A stretch of DNA of 54,101 bases, filler included, from Ionaspis alba (taxonomy: Eukaryota): the NCBI GenBank assembly GCA_964255285.1. It is 3 parts of 3 records of this genome, joined end to end, with 100 filler letters (N's around TTAATTAATTAA, not from the genome) between each part and the next. Parts side by side here need not be neighbours in the genome. Positions count along the whole stretch, not along the records: positions 18,073 to 36,037 come from CAXUUL010000303.1; positions 36,138 to 54,101 come from CAXUUL010000304.1; 1 more part is not named here. One strand, 5' to 3'. Of the stretch, positions 24,546 to 37,035 are shown one piece after another. Each line of letters starts with the position of its first letter. Position 1 is the stretch's first letter. The notes under the pieces are model-generated. The model was not told the DNA's origin. It did not search any database and saw only the letters and a list, made by a program, of their open reading frames with translations. Position numbers and translations under genes: made by a program.

Positions 24546-26144
24546 ATGATACTGACTGCTCCCTGGAGTACTCCTCCAGCATCCTATCGCGACCTTGTGG
24601 ACCTTTACGAAAGGCAATTCAAAGAAGCCATCGTGAGGGGTGACTACGTTCCTTATGTGTGGCCATATAGATCCTTCGCAGGTGTCCTTGTCATCTTGTA
24701 TTTTCTAATTCCTCCTACATATTCTAGACTTGTTTACTACACGAGATACCCTTTGTTTGCTTTTAATGTCTATTGGGCTATCAAAGCCATTAAAGAATGC
24801 CGGAGTGCTGCTGTCTCAACTGGTTATGGTATAGGTTTGATAGATGCCTGGGGCCTTTTATGGTTGGCATCGCTCATTATCTTCAATGATGCACGGAATG
24901 ACTTTAAGAGGATAGAGTGGATAGATCGTGAGGAGAGGTCAGGACCAATTATTGTGAAGCATGGAGACGCTAAATCCACAGCGGTGGCAAATGGCAACTC
25001 CTCCGGTCGCGAGCTTCGCATTCGACAACCAAACGGATCACTCTCCAAAGAGTCTAGCAAACCTACCGCTTCCACTACGCCTCCCGAAACTGGGTATGCC
25101 TATCGAACCCTACCTACTGCTCTTCACGCCCGCCTCTCCTGGACGTACGACCTTCTTACGGGCTTTCGTGGTGTGGGGTTTAATCATCTCATTCCCGGCA
25201 TGCCTTCACCTCCTCCGCATGTCCTCGCTTCCCTCCCTCATCCACCAAAGCCCACGCAAGCACCTCCGTACAATCCCTCCAACAAGGCCCTTTTCCGCGG
25301 TACTATCTTCAACCTAATCGTCGGTTATCTAGCCCTCGACATCCTTAAAGCCATCATGATGGCAGACCCTTACTTCTGGGGCAACCTTACAGCGGCACCA
25401 CCATCTTATCTGCCAACAATGATTACTACTTCTCCAGCTGCCACCAAACTCTACCGCCTCCTCCTGTCTTTTGCGGGCATATATACAGCTTTAGCTAGCA
25501 TATTCGCACTCTCCCCACTACAACTGCTCATCCTACCTAAATGGGTCCTTGGTCCTAGAGTTGAGGCGTGGCACTACCCGCCTATGTACGGTAACCCGCG
25601 TGCTTTGTGGGACCGAGGACTGATTGGGTTCTGGAGTCAATGGTGGCATCAGACATTCAGGTTTGGATTCCAGGCGCCGACTGTTTGGCTTTGTAAGAAC
25701 CTTGGCCTGAACGAGAAGGGCCAGACAGCGAAGTTGTTAGGATTGGTGATTGCTTTCGGCTGTTCGGGATGCCTGCATGCGGCGGGAAGCTATACAATGT
25801 GGCCGGAGACGAAGCCGTTGTCTCCAGCGACATTCTTCTGGTTGCAGCCTCTGGGGATCATTGGGCAGCAAGCGCTGACGTTCGGCCTTAAGCGGACTGG
25901 AATTGCGGGCAGAGTACCAAGGTGGATGGGAGGCTTGACAAGAGTGGTGGGTATGGTAACCTGGTTCTGGTGGACTGCGAACTTCTTCACGGATGATGTT
26001 GCTAGGGGTGGTATATGGCTTTTCGAGCCTATTCCTATTAGCTTTGTCAGAGGTGCAAGACGAGAGGGGTGGATATGGTGGAGCACGGGCGTCGTGGGCT
26101 GGCATGCCGGGGATAGATGGTGGGAGAGTGGAATTGCTTTCTAA
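24546..26144 (+). CDS. Membrane-bound O-acyltransferase (MBOAT_2 / wax-synthase-like)
   Basis: 532-aa intronless multi-TM ORF with GFRGVG, PPMYG, FWSQWWHQTFR, AFGCSGCLH and FFWLQPLG motifs. Confidence 0.85.
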   Translation: MILTAPWSTPPASYRDLVDLYERQFKEAIVRGDYVPYVWPYRSFAGVLVILYFLIPPTYSRLVYYTRYPLFAFNVYWAIKAIKECRSAAVSTGYGIGLIDAWGLLWLASLIIFNDARNDFKRIEWIDREERSGPIIVKHGDAKSTAVANGNSSGRELRIRQPNGSLSKESSKPTASTTPPETGYAYRTLPTALHARLSWTYDLLTGFRGVGFNHLIPGMPSPPPHVLASLPHPPKPTQAPPYNPSNKALFRGTIFNLIVGYLALDILKAIMMADPYFWGNLTAAPPSYLPTMITTSPAATKLYRLLLSFAGIYTALASIFALSPLQLLILPKWVLGPRVEAWHYPPMYGNPRALWDRGLIGFWSQWWHQTFRFGFQAPTVWLCKNLGLNEKGQTAKLLGLVIAFGCSGCLHAAGSYTMWPETKPLSPATFFWLQPLGIIGQQALTFGLKRTGIAGRVPRWMGGLTRVVGMVTWFWWTANFFTDDVARGGIWLFEPIPISFVRGARREGWIWWSTGVVGWHAGDRWWESGIAF

Positions 26145-26836
26145 GCTCGGCCACATAGAATTGTAAATAGATGGCGCCGTTTGATAAACAGCAGAGACAT
26201 AGATGAGCAACCTAGAATATGAGACGAATCACTTTTGATCTGCTGCGCCTCATTCGCGCTGACGTGCCGCAGTTCGAGTATAGAATTACGATAGAGGCGC
26301 CCGTTGTCAAGTCCTCTTATCTGCACTGTGTTCATGTTCGCAATTACCTCAAGACCTACGGCGATCTCTTCTCCCCCACACTCGATGTCCAAGCTTGACA
26401 GTTGATTATCTCACGACCTTCTTCCTAACCAGACTTCTTTTCAAGCTGAATAAGACCCTCCACTTCAGCGGGTTCAATACCAGCCAACTATTTGACAGTC
26501 GGTTTTCGAGGCATCTGTAAGTGAGGGCAGGAATTGCTACCTTTCTATATATACTCAAAGCACTATCAAGCGACATTAGCAGGAATTTGCTGCCGCTGTG
26601 TACATTTGTGTCGACTCGCAATCGTCGACTCCATACGGATCACGACGAGAACTGATCTCGTCTCGACACACCCACTCTCTCTCATTCCTTATCGATCCCT
26701 TCCTCGTCCTCGTCTCCTTCNNNNNNNNNNNNNNNNNNNNNNNNNNNNNNNNNNNNNNNNNNNNNNNNNNNNNNNNNNNNNNNNNNNNNNNNNNNNNNNN
26801 NNNNNNNNNNNNNNNNNNNNACACACCCACTCTCTC

Positions 26837-29415
26837 TCATTCCTTATCGATCCCTTCCTCGTCCTCGTCTCCTTCATCGGTGTCCGAGTCCAAGATGATG
26901 GGCGGGATCTCGGAGCCACTGTCACTGTCATCTCCAGGATCTTGAGCAGGACCTTTCGTAACTTCGGGCAATGCTATTGCCACTGGATCAGATGCGATCG
27001 TACTGTCAAGCTCTCTTTCTTGAGGAACTCCACCTTGATTAAGGGAGCTCTCAGGTCCAGAAAAGGGTGGTGTGGGACTGTCAAGACGCTGACGTTTGTT
27101 TCCTGGTCCATCGGTATTTCCAGTTTCAGACGCTGCCGTACTCTTGGCATTCGATATCTCTTCGGCATCCCTACCTCTTTTTGGAGAATCAGCTTCTTGA
27201 ACCTGATCTTTTTGAGACAGTCGTGACGGGTATTTGACAGTCCACGGCGCAGGGTTGGTGTGACGGTCGGAGGCTCCGTCATCAGGTATGGTACTCGTCT
27301 CTGCGAATTTACTGGCTGACACAACTCCACCTCCACTCGCAACAGGTTCTCTACGGTAGTCTTGCATGATTATATCGTCGTCGAGGTCAGACTCAACATC
27401 ATGGTCTTCGATGCGTCGTCTTTGGATCAATGGCATTCTTGGTCGGAGAACAGCCTCGACTCCCGATGCTTCGGGATAAGCTCTCGCAAGCATTGGCATG
27501 ATGCTGCTAGGATTCTTGTTTTTGCGTTGTTCTACCTGAGGATTTAGTACACTGGCTAGCATGGCCTCTTGATTCGCTGAGAGCACTGCGGTGCGGTCGA
27601 TGATGCTTCGCATGGAGAACTGCAAATGTTTTGTAGGTAGTTTAGATAAAGTTAGGGGTAGAAGTGAGCTTGCCGCCTTGTAGACACTGGGAGGGGTAGA
27701 TGACTCAATCTTGACTTGGTTTGATGGGTTTAGATAGGAGTCTGCGTTGTCATTCGCCTTGCCTTTGGACACTCTGGCAACTCCGTTTGTAGTCAGCTTT
27801 TGTGCTTCGCGGGATTGATCATTATGGGGCAATAAGTCGTCGCAAGCTACCCGGATGAGAGGGAGAAGCGAGTGTGTGGTTGATTGGGACAATGAAGGTC
27901 CAGTTAGATCGAGTATTTCTGATACTACTAGATATATCGAGGATCTGATGTCTGGCTGATCCTTCTCCCGCTCGAATATCCAGAGAAACTGCTCTAGTAC
28001 TCCTTGGGCAAAAGATATAGAGATAACTCGCATTCTTGACATCAAGGCAGAAATTACGCGGATAGCCGCTACGTGAATTCTTGGTAATGTCTCCCATAAT
28101 GCTTCACGCTCTTCCCGGGAAATCTCCGGATTCAATCGAGCTCCGGTAGTGATTCCCGTCTGTGGGGAAACCACAACAGCCAATACCCTTTCGATTGGAG
28201 AAGTAATAGAACCTAGAGGCAGCGTCAACTGCAACGAAGTTGGCGAGGCAATGTGAGCTTCCAACAAACAGAAGAGCCCAGTGATCCTCTCTGAGCCGGC
28301 ATGGACTCCTCTCCAGCCTCGAAGACCAAGATCGTCAACTTGGTCATCATGAACCATTTCACCGTACGTTTTGGTGTTCTCCACATTAGAGGATACTCGG
28401 ATAAACGAAGATCGCTCTTCAACCACAGGTCGGAAAATGTGATCGACAGTTCGATGGATACATTCAATGATGCTTCTCGTCGTCTTGTTCCACTCTTCAT
28501 TCAAGCTGTTCTTCGGTGCACATTGAGGTAGCAGAGCGTAGAGCCGTTGCGACAGAACAATCGTAGTTTTCGACGGGGACTCAAAGCTTCTTTGTTCAGA
28601 AGACCTCTCAGGGAGGCTTGAAGGAGTAGGTGCAAGCAATGGAGCTAGCAAAAGACGGAGCTGGACGGCGAATGGTCTGAATAATGAAGGATGATGTGGC
28701 AGGAGTTTGATCAATGCCTGTAGTACTGTTTCGATCAACGGGCTGCTGACCTTGGGCTTAATTGGGCTCTCTGACGGGTCCCGTATAGTGATAAGGTTCA
28801 TACAAGCAGTAACAAATGATGGTAGAGAAGGCGTTGTTATTTCTCTGATAAGACTCTGGTGTTCTTGGGTCAGGAGAAAAATCCTCGTCAAAGTCAAGAT
28901 GCTGATTTTTTTGATAGTTGGAGGATCAGGTTTCTGTGAGGTCTGGTCAGCCAAAATTCCGGCACTTCGTACAAGAGCATCCGAGAATGAATACAATCAC
29001 TGAATCAATTTAAAAGCAGTCGGGAGCCAAGCCCTTTGTCGCTAGGAGAGTTGTTGCTCACAGCCAAGATTGCTATTAACCCACGGATCCAGGACCCTAC
29101 TCCATGAAGTATCTCCCAACCTCCTGCCTCCAGAGTTGCCTTGATCAAAACCACGGCAGACCATCTGGCCTCGACACTTTTATCTTGCAATAAAGCTGAT
29201 ACTTGTGTCTTGAATTTATGAACAAGAACCCCTGAATCAGAACTATCACCTGCTGCTCGGCGATTATCAGAAGTGGAGAGTAGTCGTGAAGAATTTTGAA
29301 TCGAAACGGTCAAGAAGGGAACAACATGAGGTAGTTGTCTAGTTGGTGTAGAGGAAATGCGCTGCGTTACAGCCTTAAGGGCGCTCCCCTGGGAATTGGT
29401 GGCCTGTGGAGCCAT
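26837..29415 (-). CDS. RIX1: Pre-rRNA processing protein Rix1 (PELP1 family)
   Basis: VHKFKTQVSALLQ..RWSAVVLIKAT..GGWEIL, LTRIF..REITTPSLPSF, RSIIDRTAVL..MLASVLNP, EAVLRPRMP and an acidic tail. One intron at about 28950-29060. Confidence 0.85.
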
Positions 29416-29721
29416 GATCACAAAAATAAATCATCCATCACGACTCTAGTATCTTCCTGGGAGAGACTTCTTGCTGCTCCTCCTGTCAGCAAGAATTAGG
29501 CTGGATCTCTGAGTCCAATAGAAAAACTGAACTTTTCATTCTTTGTTGACCAGGGTTTTCCCAGAATCGGTCAGTAGGATTCTCCGGCGTCAAAAAATCG
29601 CCTGCGCTTGAGCTGAGCAGTCTAGCCCGACCTGTCGGACTATGACTTTCAAGCATCATGTGAAGGGTTTATTCGGGTGCTTCTGTAGTTATATCGCGCG
29701 TCCTTGACGTCGCAGGAAGTC

Positions 29722-32700
29722 ATGCTTCGTGTGAGTAAAGTCCTCCGATCGTTATCCCACTTCTTCTTCCGTGTTAGTGCAGCATGGTATTGATCTTCTG
29801 ACATCTTGAAGAGCTAATATGCATTACAGCACAGGGACACCGAGAAGTCACATCGTTACCTGGATCTCTTGGACGCGGCTCTTTGCAACGCACAATGGCA
29901 AGAAGTGCCAGGTTTGGCGAGGAAAGTTGGCAAGCATGCACCACAGCGCAAATGTTCGTACTAGATGCCATCTCTACCACGACAGGAAGAGTCTAACCAC
30001 GTCACACACATAGGCCTTGTCGCTGCCGCCAATGTGGAAGCTGAAGTAGCGTTGGAAATTGCTAGGCGTCACACATCATCACAGAATGTCTCAAATACAT
30101 TATCACACCTTGTTCCTGGACTTGAGAATGCGATCGCCGAGGAGAAAATCAATCTAGAAGATGCTTTTCAAGCTCGGACCTGCCTGGGATGGCTCCTTTG
30201 GACAATCGGGAATCGTTCTGTCGCGGCGCAAACTTTATCTACAGGCTTGCCTGAGATGATCGATCTGTCTACAGAGAAGCAGAGCACGTCCAGGGGATGG
30301 ACATTCGTGTGTCTCAGCAAGAGCGCTTATCTCCAAGGTTAGCCATACTCGATGTATGTTGCGCACATCAATGGCTGACTTCGAGATAGGTGCTGCCGAA
30401 GAAGCCCCACATAGTCGTTCCGAAGTGTTAGAGCACTACGAAAGGACGATCGCGCGAGCCTTCGAGGCGCCCCTTGCAACCCGGACGACTTCTGAGTATC
30501 GAGTATGGACTGAGCGACTCGTCACAAGCGCGTGCATGCTCTCAAGCCGGCTAGATCGAACGAAAGATAGCACCACAGATCATCGGTCCCAATTGGCGCC
30601 TTTCCGTGCCTGGGCAAGATTTTGGGAAAATGCGTCAAGTCAGGGTCACAGCATGACTACTGGATCGTCCTCAGAGACAGCGCGAAGACGACGTGTCTGG
30701 CTGACATACTATGATATGCTCTCACGGAACCTGCACCATGTCAGCACCACTGCTACATCCTCCGGCAGGCAACATTCTATCGAGGACGATTCGACAGATT
30801 CTAAGGAGTCACCAATTGCTCAGCGAGCTGCGGAAATAGCGCGGGTTGAAGCCATCTACGAAGACATGCTCCTCAAACAGGTCGCTTTTCCTATGGCAAA
30901 TGAGGCCAATCCGGAGATAGACCATTGGGTCAATCAAGTTATGTCAAATTGGAGACTAATTTGTGCATCTACTCTGCAAGACAACAATACTGGTCAGCTT
31001 GGGCAAGAGGATGTTTCGAGGAATGTTCTGGGGGTAAGCCAATTCCGTCTTATAGAATCGTCGAACTTTCCGAGCGTAGTAATTTAGCTAACATCTATAC
31101 AAAAGATTTTGTATCGAGCCGCAACGAGAAGCTTCAACTCCACTCCGATCTTACGATATCTCTTTACAGTTCATGCTTCGCTAGCGGAATTTGAACTCGC
31201 CAGCAAAGCACTCGATTCATATCTCGAGATAATATCCAAAGGTAAAGCACGCGTTGACAAATCCGGTGAACCTGAACCCGGACTTGATAGTGATGCCTTG
31301 ATGTTGCAGACTATTGCTGCTGGTATCAGCATGCTGTGCGAATTTGGAAGACGGAAAGAGGCAGAGCGTGCTCACGAATTAGCAACTCACCTGGAGAAGT
31401 GGCTAAACAGCCACCGAACCCCTATTCAGCCAGACTATCAATCCATTGAAGACCATACAGCATCGCCGAGTAACAGGGAGTCTACTACTGGTCTCCCTGT
31501 TCCCGATTCTATCCTAGCAATTGCGTATCAAGCCATTGGTACTAGTCAGGCTCATTGGGCGCGCCTCACCTATCAAACGTCGAACCGAGCTGAACTCCAG
31601 ATAGCAGCAATCTCCAATTTCCGCCGAGCTCTCGAACATTATTCTGCCGATGATGTTAATACTGATATACTCTATGCTCTGGCTTTAGTCCTTGCTGAAA
31701 CCCGGGATACTGATGGGGCTATTGCTTGTATAAAGTTGGCTTTGTCTGACCCGGCTCAATCATCACCAGTGACCAATGGCATGGGATCTCACGGCCTCAC
31801 GCACCGCGGCAACGAAATACCAAATCGGCGTAATTTGAAGTGCTGGCACCTTCTGGCACTGCTGCTTAGCGCTCGACAGGACTTCGACAAAGCCGACGCT
31901 ACTCTCGAAGCGTTGTTGGGTGATGTTACGGTTTCAGGCAATGGTGCGAGGAATCACCATGCCAGTGGCACAAGGCCGATGGACTTCTTTGAGAAACAAA
32001 ACATGATAGAGACCAGGATTACTCAGATGGCGTTGGCTGAGATCAATGATGGTCCCGAAGTTGCAGTGAATCGTGGTGGCGAGCTCCTCTCGGTTTATGC
32101 GAGCTTCTTCCAAGATGCTAAACCTTTGTCAAATGAAAAACCCACACAACATTCTTCTCCTCCACCTACGTCAAATGGAACACACAGAAGTTTTCGAGAG
32201 AGTATGTTTGGTCGTTCCAACCACACTAGGACAAGTGTTCGTGCCAGTACTGCGCCTGGATCGGTACGATCGCAGAGAGATTCTTCAGAAATTCCAGAGG
32301 GACCTACGATCTCCGTGATGCATAGCGGAAACGTACAACCAGCCGGCAGCACTCATTTACTGCATCGCAAAAGCTCGAAGAGACTGCAAAAGTCACCGAG
32401 TAAGAAAAGCATATCTCGAAGTCGCGCTTCGAGTCCAGCCAGAACGCTGACGACGGGGCATGAGTCTGCACCGTCTGCAATTATGGCGAACAATAACCAG
32501 GGAGGGTCAGTGACATCTGGATCAGAAAGCCACCGGCCAGCAACCGAGAGCACATATGCTGCGGGTGAAGTGGGTCTTGCTGTGTCGCACGACCTGCCCA
32601 CTATACCAGCTTCCCCAGAACCAATCCCCAACGGCGAGTTCTTCTCCCAAGCCGAGCCTATAGCTTCCGTGGCTCAAACCCTCAACAATTCGTACGACGG

Positions 32701-33643
32701 TACCGCTTTCGAGGAGCAGAAATATCACCAGTACGACTCCGAACAATATAATTCAGAGGTCTCATCAGACGTGTTTGACTCCCTTCCCATACATTTCTCC
32801 CCGATCGATCAGCAACGGCAATCTCGTTGTCTTCTCATAAGAGTATGGCTGGTCATAGCTGGCGTTTATCGACGTGCCGGTATGTATGATGATGCCCAAG
32901 GCGCGCTCGACGAAGCAATCAAACAAGTCAAGCACGTAGAAGCTATGATTGCGTCGCAAAATTCAAGCGCGCATGCTTTCGAAGATCCGGGATGGGGAGG
33001 TATGAAAAGCATCGAGGAGTTGTGGGCGGATGTCTATCATGAGCGAGGAAACCTCTACATCGCACGGTCAGCGCCACATGATGCGATCCTGCAATACGAA
33101 TCCGCGTTGTCACATTACCCAGATCATCCTGGAGCCACGGTGGGATTGTCGAATATCTTACTTGACATATATTCACAGCTTATACCCCTTCATCGTGAAA
33201 AGCACTCTTTACAATTCGAGCCTCTGGATTCAGTAACCTCTCTGGTCCACCAAAGATCCAAACCAACACTAGCCACTATAGCTCTACCACCCACAACCAA
33301 TGACAGTTCGCCTCAAGCTCATTCGTTATCGCACTTTGAGTCTCCTCTTTCCAAGGAGCTTAGTCATTCCTCGTCGTCTTATGATCCTGCCTCTTCCAAC
33401 CGCAAGTCTCCAGAAGCGATCGATCGCCTTGCAGCACGCGATCGAGCTTATGGTCTTCTATCTTCTCTCACCAAGCTTGGCACTGGATGGGACAATAGTG
33501 AGGCTTGGTTCGCGTTGGCACGAGCGTACGAAGAAAGCGGCCAGATCGAGCGATCGAAAGAGGTATTGTGGTGGGTGGTGGAATTGGAGGAGAAACGACC
33601 CATCAGGCCTTGGTCTTGTTTGGGTCAAGGCTATAGTCTCTAG
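29722..33643 (+). CDS. TPR protein of the YPP1 / filamentation protein Rhf1 family, multi-exon
   Basis: Spliced start MLR|HRDTEKSHRYLDLLDAALC..RKVGKHAPQRKC, LYRAATRSFNST, WHLLALLLSARQDF, AARDRAYGLLSSLTKLGTGWDNSEAWFALARAYEESGQ. Confidence 0.85.
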
Positions 33644-33806
33644 CACTTTGGTATATAATTTGTCGATAATAGAATAGTTGATACCCCTTGACTCGCATAC
33701 CACCACGTCTGCCAGAATATCTCAAGATGTGTCCACATTGACATGAACAGATTTGTGTAAGAATATATCTTTGGTCACGGATTGCAGTTGCTCTCATTCT
33801 TCCGCC

Positions 33807-34481
33807 TCAATTCGCGGTGTTGAGTGCATCATTATAGGCCGCATTTTCACAAGATCCCTTGTTAATGTTATCCGTCACCACCTGGCAAAGCATACCCGCC
33901 AACCCCATGTCATAGCCTCTCCCCGTCCTGCCCATCATGCTACAATCCCCCTGACTCTCCAGATTCGCCGCACAGTGCTGGCAATTGTCCGTGCACTCCT
34001 GCTCCTTTGGATTTCCAGCACATATCTTGGGACAAGCATGCCAGTGCGCGCTATGATCATGGCTAACAAGCTTCACGTCCCAGCGATAGTCATCGGGGGT
34101 GATGTCGTCGTATTCCATCTTGCGCTCTCCGGCTCCGTCTTTAGTGCCTTCACCTCCCAGCTATTTTCCCAATAGCGATTGTCCTTCTTCCTCCCTCTTG
34201 TCTTTGGCGCGGGCGAACCGTCGCACGAGGAAGATTGAGGAAGCGGGATCTGGAAGTGACCGCTCAGAGAACTTCCGTTCGTCGTAGAACTCCGCGAAGG
34301 CCTCAGCGTAGGAATTTGCAAACGCGTTACGTGGATGAAGGGTGGAGGCGTGGTTTGCCCAGGCATCTCGGGAGTAGAGGCTCTGGTAGAAACTAACGTC
34401 TGCATAGGCCAAAGGATGTGCAAAGACAGCGCGTTCGGCTAGAGTCACAGTGATTAGGAAGAAGGAGTTAGAGAGATGCAT
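33807..34481 (-). CDS. Secreted prepro-protein with 8-Cys C-terminal domain, interrupted by one in-frame TAG (34161-34163)
   Basis: Signal-like MHLSNSFFLITVTLA..HP, X-A-rich pro-region (LYSRDAWA..NAFANSYAEAFAE) and RR/KR sites. The ORFs 34161-34481 and 33807-34118 share one frame. TATA-like TATAAAT upstream. Confidence 0.6.
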
Positions 34482-35337
34482 GTTTGAGAGATGTCTGGCC
34501 TGCAGAGAGCGTAAGTATGGATTCGAGAGCTATTTCCGAGGTATTTGATTAAGAAATTCTAAATGCTTGGTCTTCTGGGGCAGGACCTTCGCGGATTTAT
34601 AGGACAGTATGTACAGGAGTGTAGCGGTTTAGGGGTAGAACGTGGCTGAAATATCCATAACGGGGGGATAGTGTTGGTGTAATACGGAAGAGAATCCTTT
34701 TTGCAAGGAAGCCAGTGGACCTCTGGGACTGCATGCAAGAGCGTATTCCTGAGACTCTTCCATAGACACTTGAGTTTTAGAGAACAGAAATAATGCATAA
34801 TATACATCCAATTTATCAGTAAAACCAGGACACAACCTCCGGCCATCATCGTTTGCCTGAAACGAAAAGAAAGCCATCTCTTGAGAACATTGAGGCTTGC
34901 AAATATTTCTGGAGTATGTCGACATCAGCAACAGATAGAAATGCCAATAAAATAGAACACCGGTCAAGATGCCCAGTAAGAAACACCTCACTGAGAGAAC
35001 TGCCAGCAGATGAATTTGCAGGGGCAACGATTCCTTCTCCTTAAGTTTCAATCGAACGAGAATTAGTTGCTCTAGCTGCGCCCAAAGAGTCTCCAGAAGC
35101 ACAATGTAGCAGCCTCGAATACCTGGTAATGTTTGCAACGATGATGTCGTTGTAAATTGAATCCGTGGTCTTTGCCGCACCCAAGCAGGCGGCTTGCAAA
35201 ATAATTGGCAGGTTTCTACGCGCCGCGCCTCGAACAAAATCCGCCAACAAACTTTGCACACCGCGTGCTGAAACCGTTGCACTTTTGTTGCAGGCCGCGC
35301 GCTAAATTCCGCCAGCAAGTGGTCCAATCCTCGAATC

Positions 35338-36037
35338 ATGCCGTCACAGCTCTTGAACTTTCTCCACGACAACGGCTACGTTGTCATTCCCTCTCTCCTT
35401 TCTCTGTCCTCCCTTTCCGCTCTCCGCCCCGCCTGCGAGCAAATTACGTCCCTTGCCCGCTCCGGCCAATGGCCGCACATCCGCACTCTGCCTAAACAGT
35501 TCCCGCCCTGGTCGTCGGACCCCTCGGACGGGATCTGGGGTGTACAGCACCTTTTGCACCCATCCCTGTCAAATCATGAATTCTTTGCAGCGAACTACTT
35601 TTCCAATGAAGTCGTGAACGTTGTGAAAGAGCTCCTGGAGTGCCAGGAGCAGGAGCTAGTCATGGAGCTTTTCAATCTTCTGGTCAGGCCCGACAGAGAC
35701 TTTAAGCTTAGGTGGCATAGGGACGATGTACCACCTAGTGCTTCGACTGAGGAGGAGGAAGCAAGGCTGTGTGGTGCAAAAGACAGGGCAGTGCACGCCC
35801 AATGGAACCTCGCACTTTACGATGACGAGAGCCTTGTAGTAGTGCCGGGATCTCATCGGAGGGCGAGAACGAAGCAGGAACGAGAGGCCGGCCCCTACGA
35901 TGAATTAGAAGGAAGTGTCGCTGTAAAGCTTGCACCGGGAGATGCGGTGTTTTATGATCACAACATCCTGCATCGAGGCGTTTACAATAGCAATAGGGAG
36001 AGGAAGACGCTACATGGGAGTATGGGGAGGGTGGGTA
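35338..36037 (+). CDS. Phytanoyl-CoA dioxygenase (PhyH) family protein, 3' end in gap
   Basis: DNGYVVIP, WHRDD (HxD), L.VVPGSHRR and GDAVFYDHNILHRG motifs of the Fe/2OG fold. Confidence 0.85.
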
Positions 36038-36137
36038 NNNNNNNNNNNNNNNNNNNNNNNNNNNNNNNNNNNNNNNNNNNNTTAATTAATTAANNNNNNN
36101 NNNNNNNNNNNNNNNNNNNNNNNNNNNNNNNNNNNNN
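36038..36137. other. Assembly gap with artificial TTAATTAATTAA linker
   Basis: Identical 44 N + linker (36082-36093) + 44 N structure. Confidence 0.9.
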
Positions 36138-36666
36138 CGGGAAACTCTCCAACCTGGCGCAATTCTCATTCTCCTCGCTGGCCGATTCCGAGGCAAGCGA
36201 GTCATCTTCCTCAAGCACCTACCTCAAGGTATCCTCCTGGTCACCGGTCCGTTCAAAATCAATGGCGTTCCTCTACGAAGAGTCAACGCTCGATATGTGA
36301 TCGCAACCTCCTCGAAAGTGGAATTGAAAGGAATCGACTCCAAAACGATCGAGAAGGTTAGCGAAGATGGTTATTTTACGCGGGAGAAGAAGCAGGACAA
36401 GGCAGGAGAGGAAGCCTTCTTCAAGCAGGGGGAGAAACCAGAGGTTAGTGTTGGTCTTGGTGACACATTTTTGTTCATGAAAGGCGGACAGCTAATGGTT
36501 ATTTACCATGCAGAAGAAGAAGGTTGCGAGTGCACGTGCAAGCGACCAGAAAGCTGTCGACAAGGCCTTGTTGTCAACTATCAAGAGCGAGCCCCACCTG
36601 CTCGAATATCTTCATAGCTCATTCAGTCTACGCAAGGGAGATAGGCCACACGAGATGAAGTGGTAG
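36138..36666 (+). CDS. RPL6: 60S ribosomal protein L6 (eL6), 5' part in gap
   Basis: [63 protein letters not shown]. One intron at about 36444-36513. Confidence 0.96.
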
Positions 36667-37035
36667 GATACTTAGGGTGGCAAGGTGGGGATGCTGGGGA
36701 GAGGGACGAATGAGCTGAGCTGTGTGATTTGCTGGGATTCCGCACTCCATGCTGGTGCGACCGAAATCCCTGTATCAAGCTTTGAGCAGTAATGAAAACT
36801 CGATACTCCAGACAACTACTTGTTAAGATCATACGCGAAATTGGCTGTCTCTTATCTGTGTGAATTTACAGACTCTGTTGAGCAGGAGCCGCGAAGAGTA
36901 TAGGCTGGTCTCTCCGCAACACGTGTCCAATAGAATACTACACAAGCTCAGCTACAGTGACAGGTCCTGCTCGTTACTGCGCATTACCCGCGATCCTTTC
37001 CTCTACAGTCTATTAAAGACGTCCACCATTGTGGC

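Noticed and set aside
24546..26144. MBOAT gene as a sign of a secondary-metabolite cluster
   Set aside because: No PKS, NRPS, terpene synthase or other tailoring genes nearby; its identifiable neighbour is RIX1.
26666..26875. Apparent duplication of the RIX1 3' end
   Set aside because: Same 55-bp overlap artefact around the N gap.
34629..35372. 247-aa minus-strand ORF
   Set aside because: It overlaps the PhyH start and promoter region, has no recognisable motifs, and is probably spurious.
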